A stretch of 64,000 nucleotides of DNA from assembly GCA_040954595.2 (NCBI GenBank), contig CM082577.2, positions 620,001 to 684,000 on the forward strand. Reading direction: 5' to 3'. Position numbers and translations under genes: made by a program. The stretch is from Balanoglossus misakiensis (taxonomy: Eukaryota > Animalia > Hemichordata). Below are positions 40,074 through 55,400 of this stretch, one piece after another. Under the pieces are notes generated by a model. The model saw nothing but the letters and a program-made list of their open reading frames with translations, made no database searches and was not told where the DNA came from. How positions within the stretch are numbered: position 1 is the stretch's first letter; each line of letters opens with the position of its first letter.

Positions 40074-41859
40074 AGTTGCTTAGGCCAAGTCAAAGGTCAA
40101 AGGTTAAGCAGAGTGGACTATGCTCACCACCACCATTACTTGTACAGCTTCATTGATTTGGGGTCATAAATATTTTCATCTATTAACCCAACCATTTCTT
40201 TTCAAGATGTGTTTATCGAATAACCTATTGACCTCGTGAGGGCGCACGTATAACATACTGGCAGCAAGTCTCGTTATGGTTGGTCGTTATGTACATTGTA
40301 ATCTGACAACTCAATTTAACATTCACATGTATATTGTCCAGATGCACATTGTAGGGACGCAGAGCGCGTGTGGTTTTCTTTTTCTGGTTTCTGTACATTT
40401 TCGCGCCACTGCCGCACCACTCACATTGAGAAACGACTGATAAAGTAGTTCGGAATATATGTGACCAAAAACTGAGAAAAGAACCCCTCTCTCTCTAATT
40501 CAACAGAGATGGCACGACACTGTCAACTAGAATTTTTCGGAAGTGTTGGCTTACACATGGCTTTGAGTAACGATGTACATGTAGAACTATTACAATATAT
40601 GTAAATTTTGGAGTTTATCTAATTTTACCTCTGTGAAGGACATACAATATGCAAGTGAAGGAAAATAAACATGTAAATAAATTCTATCAGCATACTTTAA
40701 AATACTGGTTGTATTCCGTCTTTTGGTATGTACATCAATTCATCACAAAATATTCAATTTAATACTGATCATATTTGTGACCAATGAGATGGAAATATCA
40801 AAGGTTTTAGTCTCGTCCCTAAACACAACTCAATAATTAATTTTTTTCTTGTCCATAATACTCACAGCAGACATTAAAACGTAAAAATACGGCGCGCATA
40901 AAAACCAACTCGCAAGTCTAACGCAAAGGATGATGGGTTTTTGATACAGTCTAGCATGAACATTAGACCTTTAAACACGGAAACGAAATAAATTATGCAC
41001 GAAGACTAAATCACGACTCCGAAAATCATATCCAACGATTATAAGTCCGTCTTGTTTGTCTTGTCTACAAAGAAATATCACTTAAATGATTTGGTGAAAT
41101 CAGAAACGTTTCTTCGTGGTCGGGTCGATTTGACCGGAGACTAAACTGGATTCACAACAAAACTTGCACGAAGGTCAACCGGTGAAGATTCGAAGGATTG
41201 CAGCTTTTGTTATGCAGTGTCTACGTGTGTACCGGGATTGACGCATACACATGTAAGCAAAGGTCAGTGACGTAGTATTGTATTCCACAACAAGGGGTCA
41301 AAAGGTGATACTGATCAATTCAGAACTTCAAAATCGAAGACCCGTACCAGGATTTTGGATGAATGTTGGACGTAGAGTACTTCAAAATCCGACAAAACAG
41401 TGACGTCGTCGACGATAATGTCCTTTTCGAATTCATGTCAGTGCATGACCCACATTGGACGTTATACATGATATCTTGGTTTCCGCCTCAGTGGTTTTTG
41501 TTCAATCGTATTTTGAAAAGAACAAAAAAAACATTTCAAGAAACGTGCACGTCAAGAATTATAATGTGGTCACATTAATGTGACTTCATCGCTCACTCTG
41601 GCAATATATTTCCACGGTGAACCCCCAGTCTGTGCCATGTGAAATCAACAGGTGAAAACTTGAGGTTATAAAAACAGAGAAAACGTAATGTGGGCCTAGT
41701 TACACAGGATGTAAAATATTAACGCACAAAACATGCGGGATGAAGGCCTATATGTTCCATTCTACAATCCATTCAACCCGTTCAAAATATTCGATGTAGA
41801 TCATTTTTAACTTGATATTTGCGATTTATAACACCGATTCACTACTGCTTTACAGCAAC

Positions 41860-43436
<1,577 letters not shown>

Positions 43437-44454
43437 GGACACTTCATGTAACAATGTAGAATAAAATAGCTTCTGCAAACGCTACGAGCAGTGTTGGAAA
43501 AATCCACAATTCCAAATGTGATGATGAGGTCATTTTAGTGTGACCTTTACTGGCTAGTAAGATTTCTTTTGTTTAGAGTGACCAGGTGTTGATGAATATT
43601 CATTTGATTGACATGTATAAATACACATGCTACCATGTGGTCAGGTTGCTATTTTTTCGCTGGACACTGTGCCGATAACTTCAGTGCTGGGGACTCCATG
43701 CTGCTGTTTGGGACCATTTGCAGGCCGTTTTGTTTGACTTCAAGGACTTCAGAAGTTGTGAGTGCATGCACACCACTAGGACCTAAACCAGACTTTGCTG
43801 CTGTTTTGTTTGACTTCTAGTTGTAAGTACACACCACTCGGACCGAAACCAGACTTTCCGGTACGTCGGAAGTCTTTGACTTTACTGCATATTTTCTGCT
43901 CGTGTGCTTCACGACTGGAGTCCTAGCTGAGTATACGGAGTGCTGTGTGTGTTGCTCAGTTTGGTTCGCATTCATTGTTTTCTGACCTGTGAACCCATTT
44001 TTTGCCTGCAACTTAATTTTGTTAGTATAGCGAATAGCCATTAAATACTTTTTATAAAAGGAAAACCACTGACTTCGACCTTTCTGTCATAACACAAAAG
44101 AAACTTTTCCATCCCTCCCCCGACCAAACTTTGTTGTGGTCGGTCAAAACACTGCGCATCGACTTCGAAGATAAACACATCGTTTTCAACCTCAAGAATT
44201 TTTTTCAACCTCAAGTGACATACTTTAGAAGTTTTTTCGATATAATTGTATATGTTATATCCTCAGCATTCATATAAACTGGTTACATATGTGTATACAT
44301 TGTAATTTCTGCTGAAAATCGCCGTAAAGAATTTCCTGACTGATATGTTTTGTATTAAAGACGCCAAACTGTACTCAATACTTGACGTTGACGTCCATAA
44401 AAAGAATCCCAATGCTACACTGTCCGTTGGCATTCTTCATGTGCGGGAAAGTTA

Positions 44455-47400
44455 CTATGAATCGTTCTCCGCCTTGGCGGCTTCTGGCTTGTAAATATAC
44501 GCTGTCTTGGCGTCTTGTACAGCCTTGTTGCGTCGCTTGTCTCTTCTTGTCCAAATGATCGCCGCAATCACGAAGAATACTAATGATATTGATTTCACTC
44601 CGATGCTCAGCGCAAAGACGTTTCGGCGGAAAAGATGGTTGTCGTAGACTTGACAGTCGCCTTGAACTGTGCCCCCACACAGGGATTTCCACACAGTGCA
44701 GGACAAGTCGACTGCATAACCGAAAATGATGGGTATCGGAATCGGGCCTGCAAAATCAAAAATGTGTACTTCACTAACCTGAATACCAGTGATACAATTA
44801 TTCCCCCACCGTCTAGGTCAATACATTAATCAAGTGTAAGTACGTCTACATAATGAATCGCCGCAAGAAAGTAGGGTCATCATCATCTGACTAATAGTGA
44901 CATAAAATAATCGATCGTAAAAAAAACCCTTACCGATGAGACGCACCAAAAAGAAACGAAGACCAACTGCAAACGATTTCTCCTTATCATCGACTGACCT
45001 AGAAACACAACAAATATTTACCGAATTTACTGATTGTACAAGGAAAACTGTAATATAGGCGCGTCGTTTTAAAAGGGAGTGGGAACTCTTTTCTGAAACT
45101 CAAAAATTGGAGAAAATGTTTCGTTTCATAATTCTGCGCATTATAAAAAAATGAGGACATTTCCATTAAAACTGACCTTAGGGCTAGCATCAAGCAAGGA
45201 ACTTCTCGAGAGCCAGATAACAGGGCAATGAGAAAAATTAGAATAACGAATGGATAGAACATGGAGCACATTTCCGTTTTGTTGCAATGTCCTGGGATAG
45301 CCATGTTTGTGTTATTCTCCCCGACAGGTGAACTCTGTATGCATCTACAGTTCATATAGGTATCTGCAAACTAAGCAATTATCTGTCATTAAAACCACAT
45401 TGACACATATCTGTGGGGACTTAGTGCAAAAAAATAAATGAAGGGGTTGAGTGTATGTAGGTAGGTAGGTGTATGTATGTAGGTAGGTATGTATGTATGC
45501 ATGCATGCATGCATGCGTGCATTGTGCGTTTGCATGTGTTAAGACAGAGGTGAGAGGCAAAAATCAGCTGGGGTTAGTAAATTCAAGTCACACGTGAACA
45601 GTCTTAAAAACTTACAGCTGTTGAATTACTTTCTGTACATCCCGCATGACACGGCGAAGGGTAGGTATAACCATCAGAACCACAAACTGGATTAAACGAA
45701 TCTACAGAACAACCGCAGTCTTCATTGCACGACCGAGTCTTGTCTATACCGTCGCCACTAAACGAGTAAAAGACAAGACAGGTGAATAACAAAGGATACT
45801 GTCAGCTGTTGCTGTTGCCTGATGCTGATTCGAACGGTTTGATAAGTTTGTCATTCTCTTCATTGACCTTTGTGATACCAGCAATATAGATTGGTATTAT
45901 TCTAACATACACTGTAATGTTCTGAAGTCTTACCCAACACCGACGATTGGCTCACTGTAGCATCCCAATGGTAAAATACAAGCATTAAGAACGATGCCAA
46001 TTCCGACCACAAGAATCATCATTTTAGTCATACCGATGGGTTGGACGTTGGCCTTCTTGATTATGTATCCCGATAAGAGTATTCCAAGGCCATAGGGAAG
46101 CGTCACAAAAATTCCTGACAAGAAAAAAGAGTTTACCGGCGCGTTGGAGCGGTCTCGTAAATAAGGTTGGTTTTGATTGGTCCGTTCCTTCAAACAGGTG
46201 TACATTTACAACAGGTGCTTGAATGATGTAACCAATGAGGATAGGCCTTCCGAGATGGTGCACATTGCCCCAGACGTAATTTTCATTTTATAGAACAGTA
46301 ACATTTTAAATGAAACTTAATGTCCCGAGGCGAGGTAACAAAAGAGGTTATAGTCAAGACTGGAATATGATATTTCATACCTGAATAAATATTTGCGGTT
46401 ACGGAGGGTAAACCGAACAACAGCTCAAAGCTTTTTGGGATGAACGGTATCATACCAAATGTGGTTCCCAAGTCGAGCGAATACCCTATAATCACGATCA
46501 TAAGGTATTGGTTTGTCAGCAGTCCCCACGTCGTCTTCAGAAATCCTGCCGCGGAAACAATAAAAGAAAGGCGCATGTCCGTCAAACTTCTGTCAGACTA
46601 TCATTGTCCATGATCGTATTTATGTGCACTCCTAAAGTTCCTGACTGAAGAGTGTATAAAATGCTGAATAAATTGTCTGGTTTTTGCTAAAACAGACTTC
46701 GTTGGTCGTTTTAGGGTATCCACTCTCCTTCACTGAAAACAGGACCCGACTTTTTAAAAATTGCGATAGCTATAAAATGGCGTACCTTTCAGACGGGCCA
46801 ACCAGGTATTATTACTATCAACCTGGTCTGTCTTTTCCAAGTGGTGTCCTTTGGTGTCTTCATCGTCTTCGTTGTTTGTCAACGTCCTTGGTATTAATAG
46901 GTACATCACTGCGATGATTGCGAGCAGAATGGCTCCTGCGAGATAGCCAAGCCACCAGGCACCGACCCAGAGCCTGTCTGATCGCCTGAGGTTCATGGTC
47001 GCTTGGTCCACTGTATTGAAGTCCACATAGACAAGCAGACACGATGCGCCGATCAGGAATCCGGCGACGGGTCCAAGTCCCCACATCATGTTAATGATGG
47101 CTGAAAAAAAAATACCAATTACGTGTACCTGTTTCTCGATCGAGGAAAATCCCATAACTTGAGCATATTGGTTCTATGTATTTTGGACACTGAGGCTTTC
47201 AGTTGACTACAAGTGAGTCACCATTCAGAACGAAGATTGGAAGATTTTTCTTCTACCTGGGATAATTAAAATAACATGACTAATACTAGGATGCCAAGAC
47301 AAGCAACCCATATAGCTAATAGCTAACAAAATGTTGAACATTGGGATTCTTCTTTGAGCAAAGAGACTTACCTAAATAAAGTGCTGATGTCCGATGAGTG

Positions 47401-48083
47401 GTATGGTCATCCACATATGCAGAACCAACTGTGAGTAAGGGACTGAATCCTGCACCCACCAATAATGTACCCAGGATGAATAAGGCATAGGCAACATTGC
47501 TTTCATATGACGCCTCGGTATCTGTGACGTCACACTGTGAGGCGCCCAGGTCGGTTCCTTGAAGTGAGCTTGAGAGATTCCATGAGCACAAGTTCAGCTG
47601 AACTTCGGAGGCATTTGTCGTATCGCCCGTTAGAGGGCGACTTTCATACTTGTAAGGTCCAAGTACGAATTGCGGCAACGATAAGATGAAAAGAGCCAGG
47701 GCTATCAGAAAGACACCGGCGCACATCCATCGCGGGCGTCGACTGTGCGGGCGTCCTCCAATGTATGACACGGGTATGACTGTAAGAAGGGTTCCCACCT
47801 GTCCGATGCTGACCAACAGAGCGAGTTGTGATGAACGAAGGTTATATCTCTTCTCCTGGGTTGTCAAAATGCTCGATGAGTACATTACCATCGAACTGTG
47901 CAAAAATATCGTCACTGATAGAATTGCCACAAAACAACGAATATTGCCGAACCAACACATTACTCCCTTTCTCTTTCCTGTTGAGATACCTTCCCGTAAC
48001 TTCTCTTCACAAGCGTGTGAGGCGTCTTCAGTGTTGATGACGTCACCACCCACAGTTTTACCATTACTTTTGACATCATCCAT
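44455..48083 (-). CDS. Organic anion transporting polypeptide (OATP/SLCO family), 8 coding exons, about 688 aa
   Basis: Exons 48083-47372, 47100-46786, 46545-46381, 46114-45934, 45757-45616, 45370-45177, 44998-44934, 44747-44455 (2067 nt). SSILTTQEKRYNLRSS; VSYIGG..RRPRW; GSAYVDD; OATP signature DRLWVGAWWLGY; Kazal-like CNEDCGCSVDSFNPVCGSDGYTYPSPCHAGC; PIPIIFGYAVDLSCTVWKSLCG...GDCQVYDN. The exon 5/6 junction has an alternative solution. Confidence 0.93.
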
Positions 48084-50455
48084 TGTGTAGTCGAAAGTGA
48101 CGAGGCTTTAATCTTCAAGCAACCTTGAAAAATGCCAGAAGAAAGTGTAACAGAGACTGGAAGATCATTCCTAGGTTTAAAGTGTGACGTAGATTATCAC
48201 TTCCAAGGATGTTTCAATCGTTCTTATGAGCGTAATAATACCGTTCTGATTTTTCTTAAACACGCCCGGGGACAGATTTTAAGAAAATGGCAGTCCCTCA
48301 AGCTTTTCAATTCTTTGCTTTGTGTGAAAAGTCTTTTTGAAAGCAGAGAAGAAAACTTAATTGTTCACCGTCTTGTAAAGTGGGGAAGCGATGAGTCCTG
48401 TCATTGAACCACGGCACAGTACTGTGTGCCGCGGATGTGATGTAAATCTCTCTAGACTACTGAAGAGGGTGACATTCGATTTGCACACCAAAGAGTACCT
48501 CTCTAGAAATTGTGACTCGCAACATAGACCTACATACTTGGGAGTAGGCGCACTAGGCGCAGATGGCGAGTGTTACAATAAAGAGAGTGTTACTTCCACA
48601 GCTGCCTGAGCTATGTCCAAGGCCACTTCCAAGAAAATTGTCTCGGTATTGGTGGTGAGAGTGAGACTGGTAGCTTCTCGATCGACAATAGAGGTTCGCC
48701 AATTGCTATGACAACATATTCTTGAGGTGCGAGAAGGCCTATTCTCGGAATGAGTTAGATTTTCACTGTACAGTGTATGCATTGTTGTAGTGAGGTCTTG
48801 CATACAAACTGTCACTTAGAGCTGACAAATAGTCACCGCCCACTCCAGCTCCAGTAAAGCGGGAAATATGTCGACGGTCGAAGAAGTGGCCAGTCTTTCT
48901 ATGTCAAGTGTCACGGGAACTGATAGGGCCTAAGCAGCGTGCGCTGGGGTATATCCGCTGCGCTGTTAGCAAAATTTCGAATTCGGTCGTCTTCTGTGAG
49001 TAAAAATCATTTGAATTCACCGGGCCGTGGAAGTTTCTCCAAATTACGGACATTCTGAATTTCGCCTCAGCAGTCCGAGCTATGTGTTGTTTGGGGGCAT
49101 TGGCGTGGGACAAGAAACCCTTAAGCCTAGTGAAAGGAACCATTCACGTGACCGAAAACATAACCTTCGCGCATTCGCTGGCGCTGTTATTCATAGGAGT
49201 AATGCAATCGAAGCATATAGGCCTACGCCTAAGACGACCACATTGGGAGACTTCATAACAAGTTCATATCGCGATATAAAGTTTGGTTACAGTTTTGTCT
49301 TATGATTTAGGCAATACTCACCGTACGTGCACGACTTATGTTGTTTAACACCTCTTTGAAAAATTTGCATGTAAATTTACGAAAACGAGGCCACTTTTTA
49401 ACATGGGTCACACCACCTTTTCATTGGGCGATTTTAGAAAAAGTAATATATCTTTTTACATGTCTTCTCAAGGTCAAAGTTTAGAGATATGTCATAGAAC
49501 CCGAATTTGGCTATCGGACTTGCACAAGCTCAAGGATGGAGATATACTTGGCGTTTGTGTGATTCTAGCAGTACCTAAAAACTTTCCGAAAAGTATTCTT
49601 GAGGATTTCCCATTTACCAAAATTCTTCTGAGTTGCCGACAACCATTTGAGTGTGTTTGCATGTGGAATGGAACAAGTGACAATGTCTACTTGAAATTCA
49701 TTATGACAACTTGATTTCAGACCTTGTCATGATCCTGTGATCACGAGGGGGACTGTTGTCCATGCTATAGTAGCACTTGGCGAAGTGTGTTGCCCCTAAG
49801 ACAAATAAAACTCATTATAATATCAGAGTTATTGAGCGTGTCACTCTATCCCAAGACTAAATCATAAACATGAAATCGAACTGCAATTCGTGCGTCAATT
49901 TTTTGATGATCATGTGACGCAAACATGGTTTACATTTACAAGTCGCCAATCATGGACGTTCAGAAAAAAATAATCAGGAACCAGGAAAATGAGTCTTTCT
50001 TCCACTAAATTTACGGGTCTACCAATATTTATGAATAGTAACTGTTTAATATGAGTCTGTTTTGAAATCTAAGAGCTGATACCTAATACGGCCCATACGG
50101 GGTCAAAAGTTTAAAAGAACCTTTGACCCAACTTTGACCCCAAATAATCACGCATGCGCTGCCACGTTGGAATCAGCTGGGCACAAATGTGGCGACATCT
50201 GTGACAGTGATCGTTGCATTCGAGTAGTAGCAGACTGAATATCGAATTCTGATCAGAAGTTATTATTTCCAATAGTGACGTGTGTCACGAAGACTGGGAT
50301 TTGGTAACCATACCTAACAGACTGGTAGGATACACAGAAAAAAGGAGGATCTTGTGATGAGAAGAGTCGACGAGATCTTTAAGATAGTCAGTGTTTACAA
50401 ACGAAGGAACAACTCCGGAAATCATGATTGAATGAACAAGGGTGATTATTTATAG

Positions 50456-52268
50456 ATGACAGAGGAAGAAGAAAAAAAGGAGCCCCCACCGGTCACCAGT
50501 AATCCTGTTGTTGTTGATATATCGTAAGGGACGACAAGACAAACTTTCAGTCATATGTGCATGGTATCTGCATGACTTATCCGTTCAGTAACCGTGGTTC
50601 ACCGTAGTATACATGTATTGCTAACATTAGTAACCGACTTGGAAAAAACGTGCCGCTGAATGTTGGGATCTGTATAAGTACCAAGTGAAGTCCAACACTC
50701 CCCGACTCAGTATTCTGAAAATTTGATATCATACCATCCGAGGTATTTCCTGTAGACTGGTTTAAGGTGCGTTATATTCCATTCCCTATTTTCCCCCCAT
50801 TGATAAGGGGGAGGGGGCTGAAGGTAATGGGTATATGGCAACATTTAAAAAGTATCCTTCAGGCCCCCCCCCCCCAGATATCCAATGATCCACCCCTTAA
50901 ATTTGCAGAATGCTTGAAGTATCCTGGTGGTGGTTTTGGGTTAGAATAGGTGGACTTGTCTATTTGGAAGTAGGGGTGAGAACCTATGGAAATAATAACC
51001 AAACAAATCAAACAATATGGTGAGCATTTGTATGATTTCATCAGGATACATGTCTTGGTTCAGCATCATTATTAGTCTCGGTTACCCAGAGCCCTCTGCT
51101 TCTTCCGTTGGGCACTCCAGAAAGAGGGTCTGGGGAAACCCCATAGAAAACTCTCCGGGCAAAGATGGCCGACTCGAGACAAAAGCGATGCATGATGGTT
51201 GCAGCCTCAGACATAAAAAAACGCGCTGAGAAGTGCTAGACCTGCTAAAACTGTCTTCAAATTGAAAAGAGAGAGAGGAGTTCGGTAAATAGTTTTCTAA
51301 TATCATTATATCGTAATATCGTATGTCATAAATGTCGACCATCATGCATCGCTTTTGTCTCAAGTCGGCCATCTTTGCCCGGAGAGTTTTCTCAGTTCAT
51401 GGATCCATGAACTAAGATTATGCAAATGCAGACAGAACATCCTTGTCAGCGATAGGATAGAAATATATCATTATATATGTGAGTCAGGAATGCAGCCATT
51501 TTCTGATTGGAGAATTCCTAGAATATCAATTGCCAATATTAACCCTTTCACCACCATGATTCAGTCCAAACCCATTGTTTCTGTGGTGAGGTTGGACCTC
51601 TAAAAGAGGGAACTGGTGGTGAAAGGGTTAAAGATTGCCACATGTTGATTATCATGAATTGCCTGAAAGAAGTCATAACAGAAATGAGCTCACATCAAAA
51701 TCCAACTGTTCCTTGGGGAGAAAAGAAATTTCCACAGCTATAGTGCACTTCAAAATGTTACTACAGTGGAAAGATTCATCACATGACTATCATTTTCTAT
51801 TGCTTTATGTTAATCCTCTTAAAGTAGCAGTTTATTAGGCCGTAGCAGTTAGAGTTTCGAAAAGTATAATCCATAAAATCTATGATATTGATTATTAAGC
51901 ATGTTTTACAATTACAGTTTAGAAGATCCACTGAATTCAGTAGTTAGAAATACATTTCAATGCATTATATCTTTAACATTAATGTCTACTGTATCCATTT
52001 AGCATGTTTCAAATTTAGTGTAATGGACAGCAGTGAAGTGGTTCATTGGTATCAAAAGTTTTCTCATTTATTTGCATGCCTTATAGGAAAAATCTGACTT
52101 ACGAATAAACTTGTGTCACTGTTCATTTTCCTGGCAATGTTTCGGCGATATCGTAAAAGGAATGAGGATATGCCGTCGGGCACATCACCGTATTATTCCT
52201 ATGTGTTCACCATCAGCAACAGTATGGGGGGACCAAGCATTCTTGCCATACCTTTCTGCCTAAAAGAG
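50456..52268 (+). CDS. SLC38A10: Alternative N-terminus A of SLC38A10 (exons 50456-50523 and 52160-52268)
   Basis: MTEEEEKKEPPPVTSNPVVVDIS joins in phase 2 to NEDMPSGTSPYYSYVFTISNSMGGPSILAIPFCLKE|gtgagt. It is paralogous to exon B and has a phase-0 donor compatible with the exon at 53763. Confidence 0.6.
51071..51415. mobile_element. Non-autonomous palindromic element (MITE-like) with a 55-bp internal inverted repeat
   Basis: 51145-51199 agaaaactctccgggcaaagatggccgactcgagacaaaagcgatgcatgatggt is the reverse complement of 51338-51392 (one mismatch). The left end is tagtctcggttacccagagccctc...gagggtctgg. Confidence 0.7.
51539..51631. mobile_element. piggyBac-like MITE, copy 2 (inverted relative to copy 1)
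   Basis: TTAACCCTTTCACCACCATG...GGTGGTGAAAGGGTTAA; the internal sequence is reverse-complement similar to 13403-13494. Confidence 0.8.
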
Positions 52269-52450
52269 GTGAGTCACAGTGGTTGCCTAGCAACCACCTG
52301 TAGTCATGGTGACAGGTAGCTGCCTGATGTGGAGTGGTGGAAGACATTTAAGGACTCACTAATTTTTTTTTATACCTATAGAGGGTGTCCTGGGTGACAG
52401 TTTTAGCTCCGTTTTAGAGACTTGGTGATAAGGTGGTTGTTACAAGCATA

Positions 52451-55400
52451 ATGGCAGCTGAATGGATGTATGTGTTAAACCTTGGCAATAGCATCATTGG
52501 AGTCAGTGTCCTTGCAATGCCATTTTGTCTTAGGCAGGTGAGTTGCTTGCATGAATTCTTCTGTAAGATGATAAAATAGATGAAATAATTGAAAATATCA
52601 ATTATGGCAATTGATGAGAGTTTGAGGTGGAGTTTTTCATGTTATATGTCACCACCTGGTACATGTGACAGATGTACCTTCATTGCTGTTCTTGCATCGA
52701 CATATCTATGGACTGCACAGCCATAATAGGGTTTCTCTGTTCCAGAGTTTACTCGTTCATAAACTCACATTCTCATTTTCTCATCAGATGGTGGTTTCTA
52801 ATAGCAATGGTGTACATTATAACAGTTACACTTTGTGGGACTCACACCGCATAACTGTAGACAGACGACTGCTTCTCAGTATCTGATGTAATCCTTGTTT
52901 GTTTGCAGCATACTCAAGCATAAAGCATGTAAACAAAATTGACAAATGCCTATGCATCATTTACTAAACAAGTAATTGTGTCTGGAAAGAAAGTAGTAAG
53001 CTTAGCTAACTTGTAGACTGTGAGGGCGCTGTCCATGATCTCCTCCCTATGGAACGCTTGTGGAGAGCAACCTCAAGTAACAATGCTTCACTCTATGTAA
53101 AGTGACAAGCAAAAAGAACCTATGTGCTTAGGCCTGAATGCCTAAATGCTTTCCTGCACGCTTTCTGCCTGGTTTCTTAGAAAAAGAAAATGTTCATGAT
53201 AAATTGTTTGCCAGCATTGCACACACAGTTCTTGCATGTTTAGTATTAAGTGCTGTTGTATATGATCTAAGCATGGGTGTTGTTCATATGCAAGCATGAT
53301 GCATGGTCTGACTACGGTGAGAATGCCCTTGCCTGAAATGCATGACACTGTTCCATGTAATGAATTAACCAACTTCCTCATGCCAATTGATCGTATATGT
53401 CCTGTACATTTTTTGTAAGGAATGAAGGCATGCGTTAGTTTCTGTATTTTCTTCTGACAGTGAGACGACATTTTAGTCTTTGTATAAGCTGGACATCAAT
53501 ATCATTACATGTGATATGAGATAAATCTGATCTTATGTTGTCTTTTCACTCATTTGTTGTAAATAACATGATTACACTCAGCGAATGTATATCATCGCTC
53601 TGTAAAATATTCCAGCATTTAGACCAACCAGTCACAGAATATGAGCTTGCAGGGGATGTGAAAAATGACAGAAAAATGTAAAAACATGAATAACTATCCT
53701 CATGAACATATTTGCCTGTGTGTGCAATGCGTTCTTACCATGTTTGTGTTTGTTTCCTCCAGTGTGGTTTAATTCTCGGCCTTTTGCTGTTACTTGTCAG
53801 TGCATACTTAACCCGAATCAGTTGCAATTTGTTACTTAAGACTGCCAAGCAAGCGAGGAGGACATCCTATGAATATGTAGGTGAGTGTGTATGATTATAC
53901 AGAATCTCCATTATTACTTTGAAATGTGCCATTGCGAATCTGCAATCAAGAGGTTAAGGTTTCTTCTTGATAGATGTGAGAAATGAAGCTTTGAATTGAA
54001 GGTGGTTTTGTCAAAATTGTGTAACTATACAGTAGCTGCATGATGTAGGGAGAGGAATTTACCTAGTGAAATGTATGTGCAAGACTTTTCTTTTTTCTTC
54101 TCATTTTCACTGGATTTCGTTCTGGTGTCTTGTTATTCCAGCTCTACATTCATTTGGTAGTTTTGGAAAACTAGCTGTAGAGACAAGGTAAGGGAAGATA
54201 TCCTGTTTATACAAAGTAATAGCCAGCCGAAATAGTTGAGCACCCTCTAGAGTTGAATTAGATCATTTACTCATCTACATGTACCTTGTATTCCGAGATA
54301 TATCAGCGCCCTCTAGTGTTGCAAGAGCAAACTATGAAGGGCTTCTATAATTTCCATGATATTGTGTGTCAGATGTTGATGGTCCCGGTCGGTGTATGAA
54401 AATCAGGAGACAATATCTCTTTCATGTAGATTTGCATAAGTGAATCCACATAAACTTATAGAAAATAGAATATTCAAATATCAAAGTAATGTTTGTGTGT
54501 TTCTTTTTTGATTTTGCAGTATTATTGGTTTGTTGATGGGAACATGTGTTGCCTTTTACGTCATAATTGGGGATTTGGGACCTTCTATTGTGTCCAAATG
54601 GTTTGGTGTAGAGGTGAGTAAAAATATTTGTGTCCAAATCTGCTGTTGCATATGGTACAGTCAGGAGAAATACAGTTCAGTGGCCAAATAAAAATTGTAA
54701 GAAAGGATTCTGACAATACTTATAAAAGAAAATCTAAACAAACCACAATCCAAATGTGTCAATCATTATGTTCAGCATTTTCGGAGTCAGCAAGGGTCAT
54801 GACCTAGAGAGCAGCATGAACCAAATCATGCAGATATGGGCAAGGTCAAGACCAGGTATGGTCATAATGTTGTGTCCTTGAGCAAGACTATTTTTGTTGC
54901 TTGCCTTCTTTCCACTGAAAAGCAAAAACACCAGAAAATGAAATTATGATTTTGTTATGTACATGATGTCACCCTTGTTACTGAATGTATGAGGTTGGTG
55001 AGAGTGTTGCTAAGTTACAACCTTAAGTATGTTTTGAGAGATGATGATATGAAAGTATCTTCCATTGAACGTAATCATCAAAGTAAAATCAAATCATGAT
55101 GAATATGACCCTGTGAGAATTTATCTGTGAATGACGTCTGCTGTGAAAGTATTTGGCAGCGTTTTGCCAAGGTCAAGTCAAGTTGACTTGGGTCAAATAG
55201 ACCTTCAGTGACCAGGCTTATCTGCAAGCCTTGCATTTGCAAGTTGCTCTTAAATATTTCTCATCACTTTTGCAATGCATGTAGCGTACGGTGTTAGAGG
55301 CAGACTCTTGTTTTCAGTTTGTGACATATGACCGATTTTAGACACTCTGGATCTGAAGTGCAATGTTGTATATCTTGCATATATATTATTTGAGACAGAA

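Noticed and set aside
47686-48090. 134-aa plus-strand ORF
   Set aside because: Antisense to OATP exon 1.
55035-55150. Possible box C/D snoRNA (ATGATGA motifs) in an SLC38A10 intron
   Set aside because: No properly placed terminal CTGA box D or terminal stem was found.
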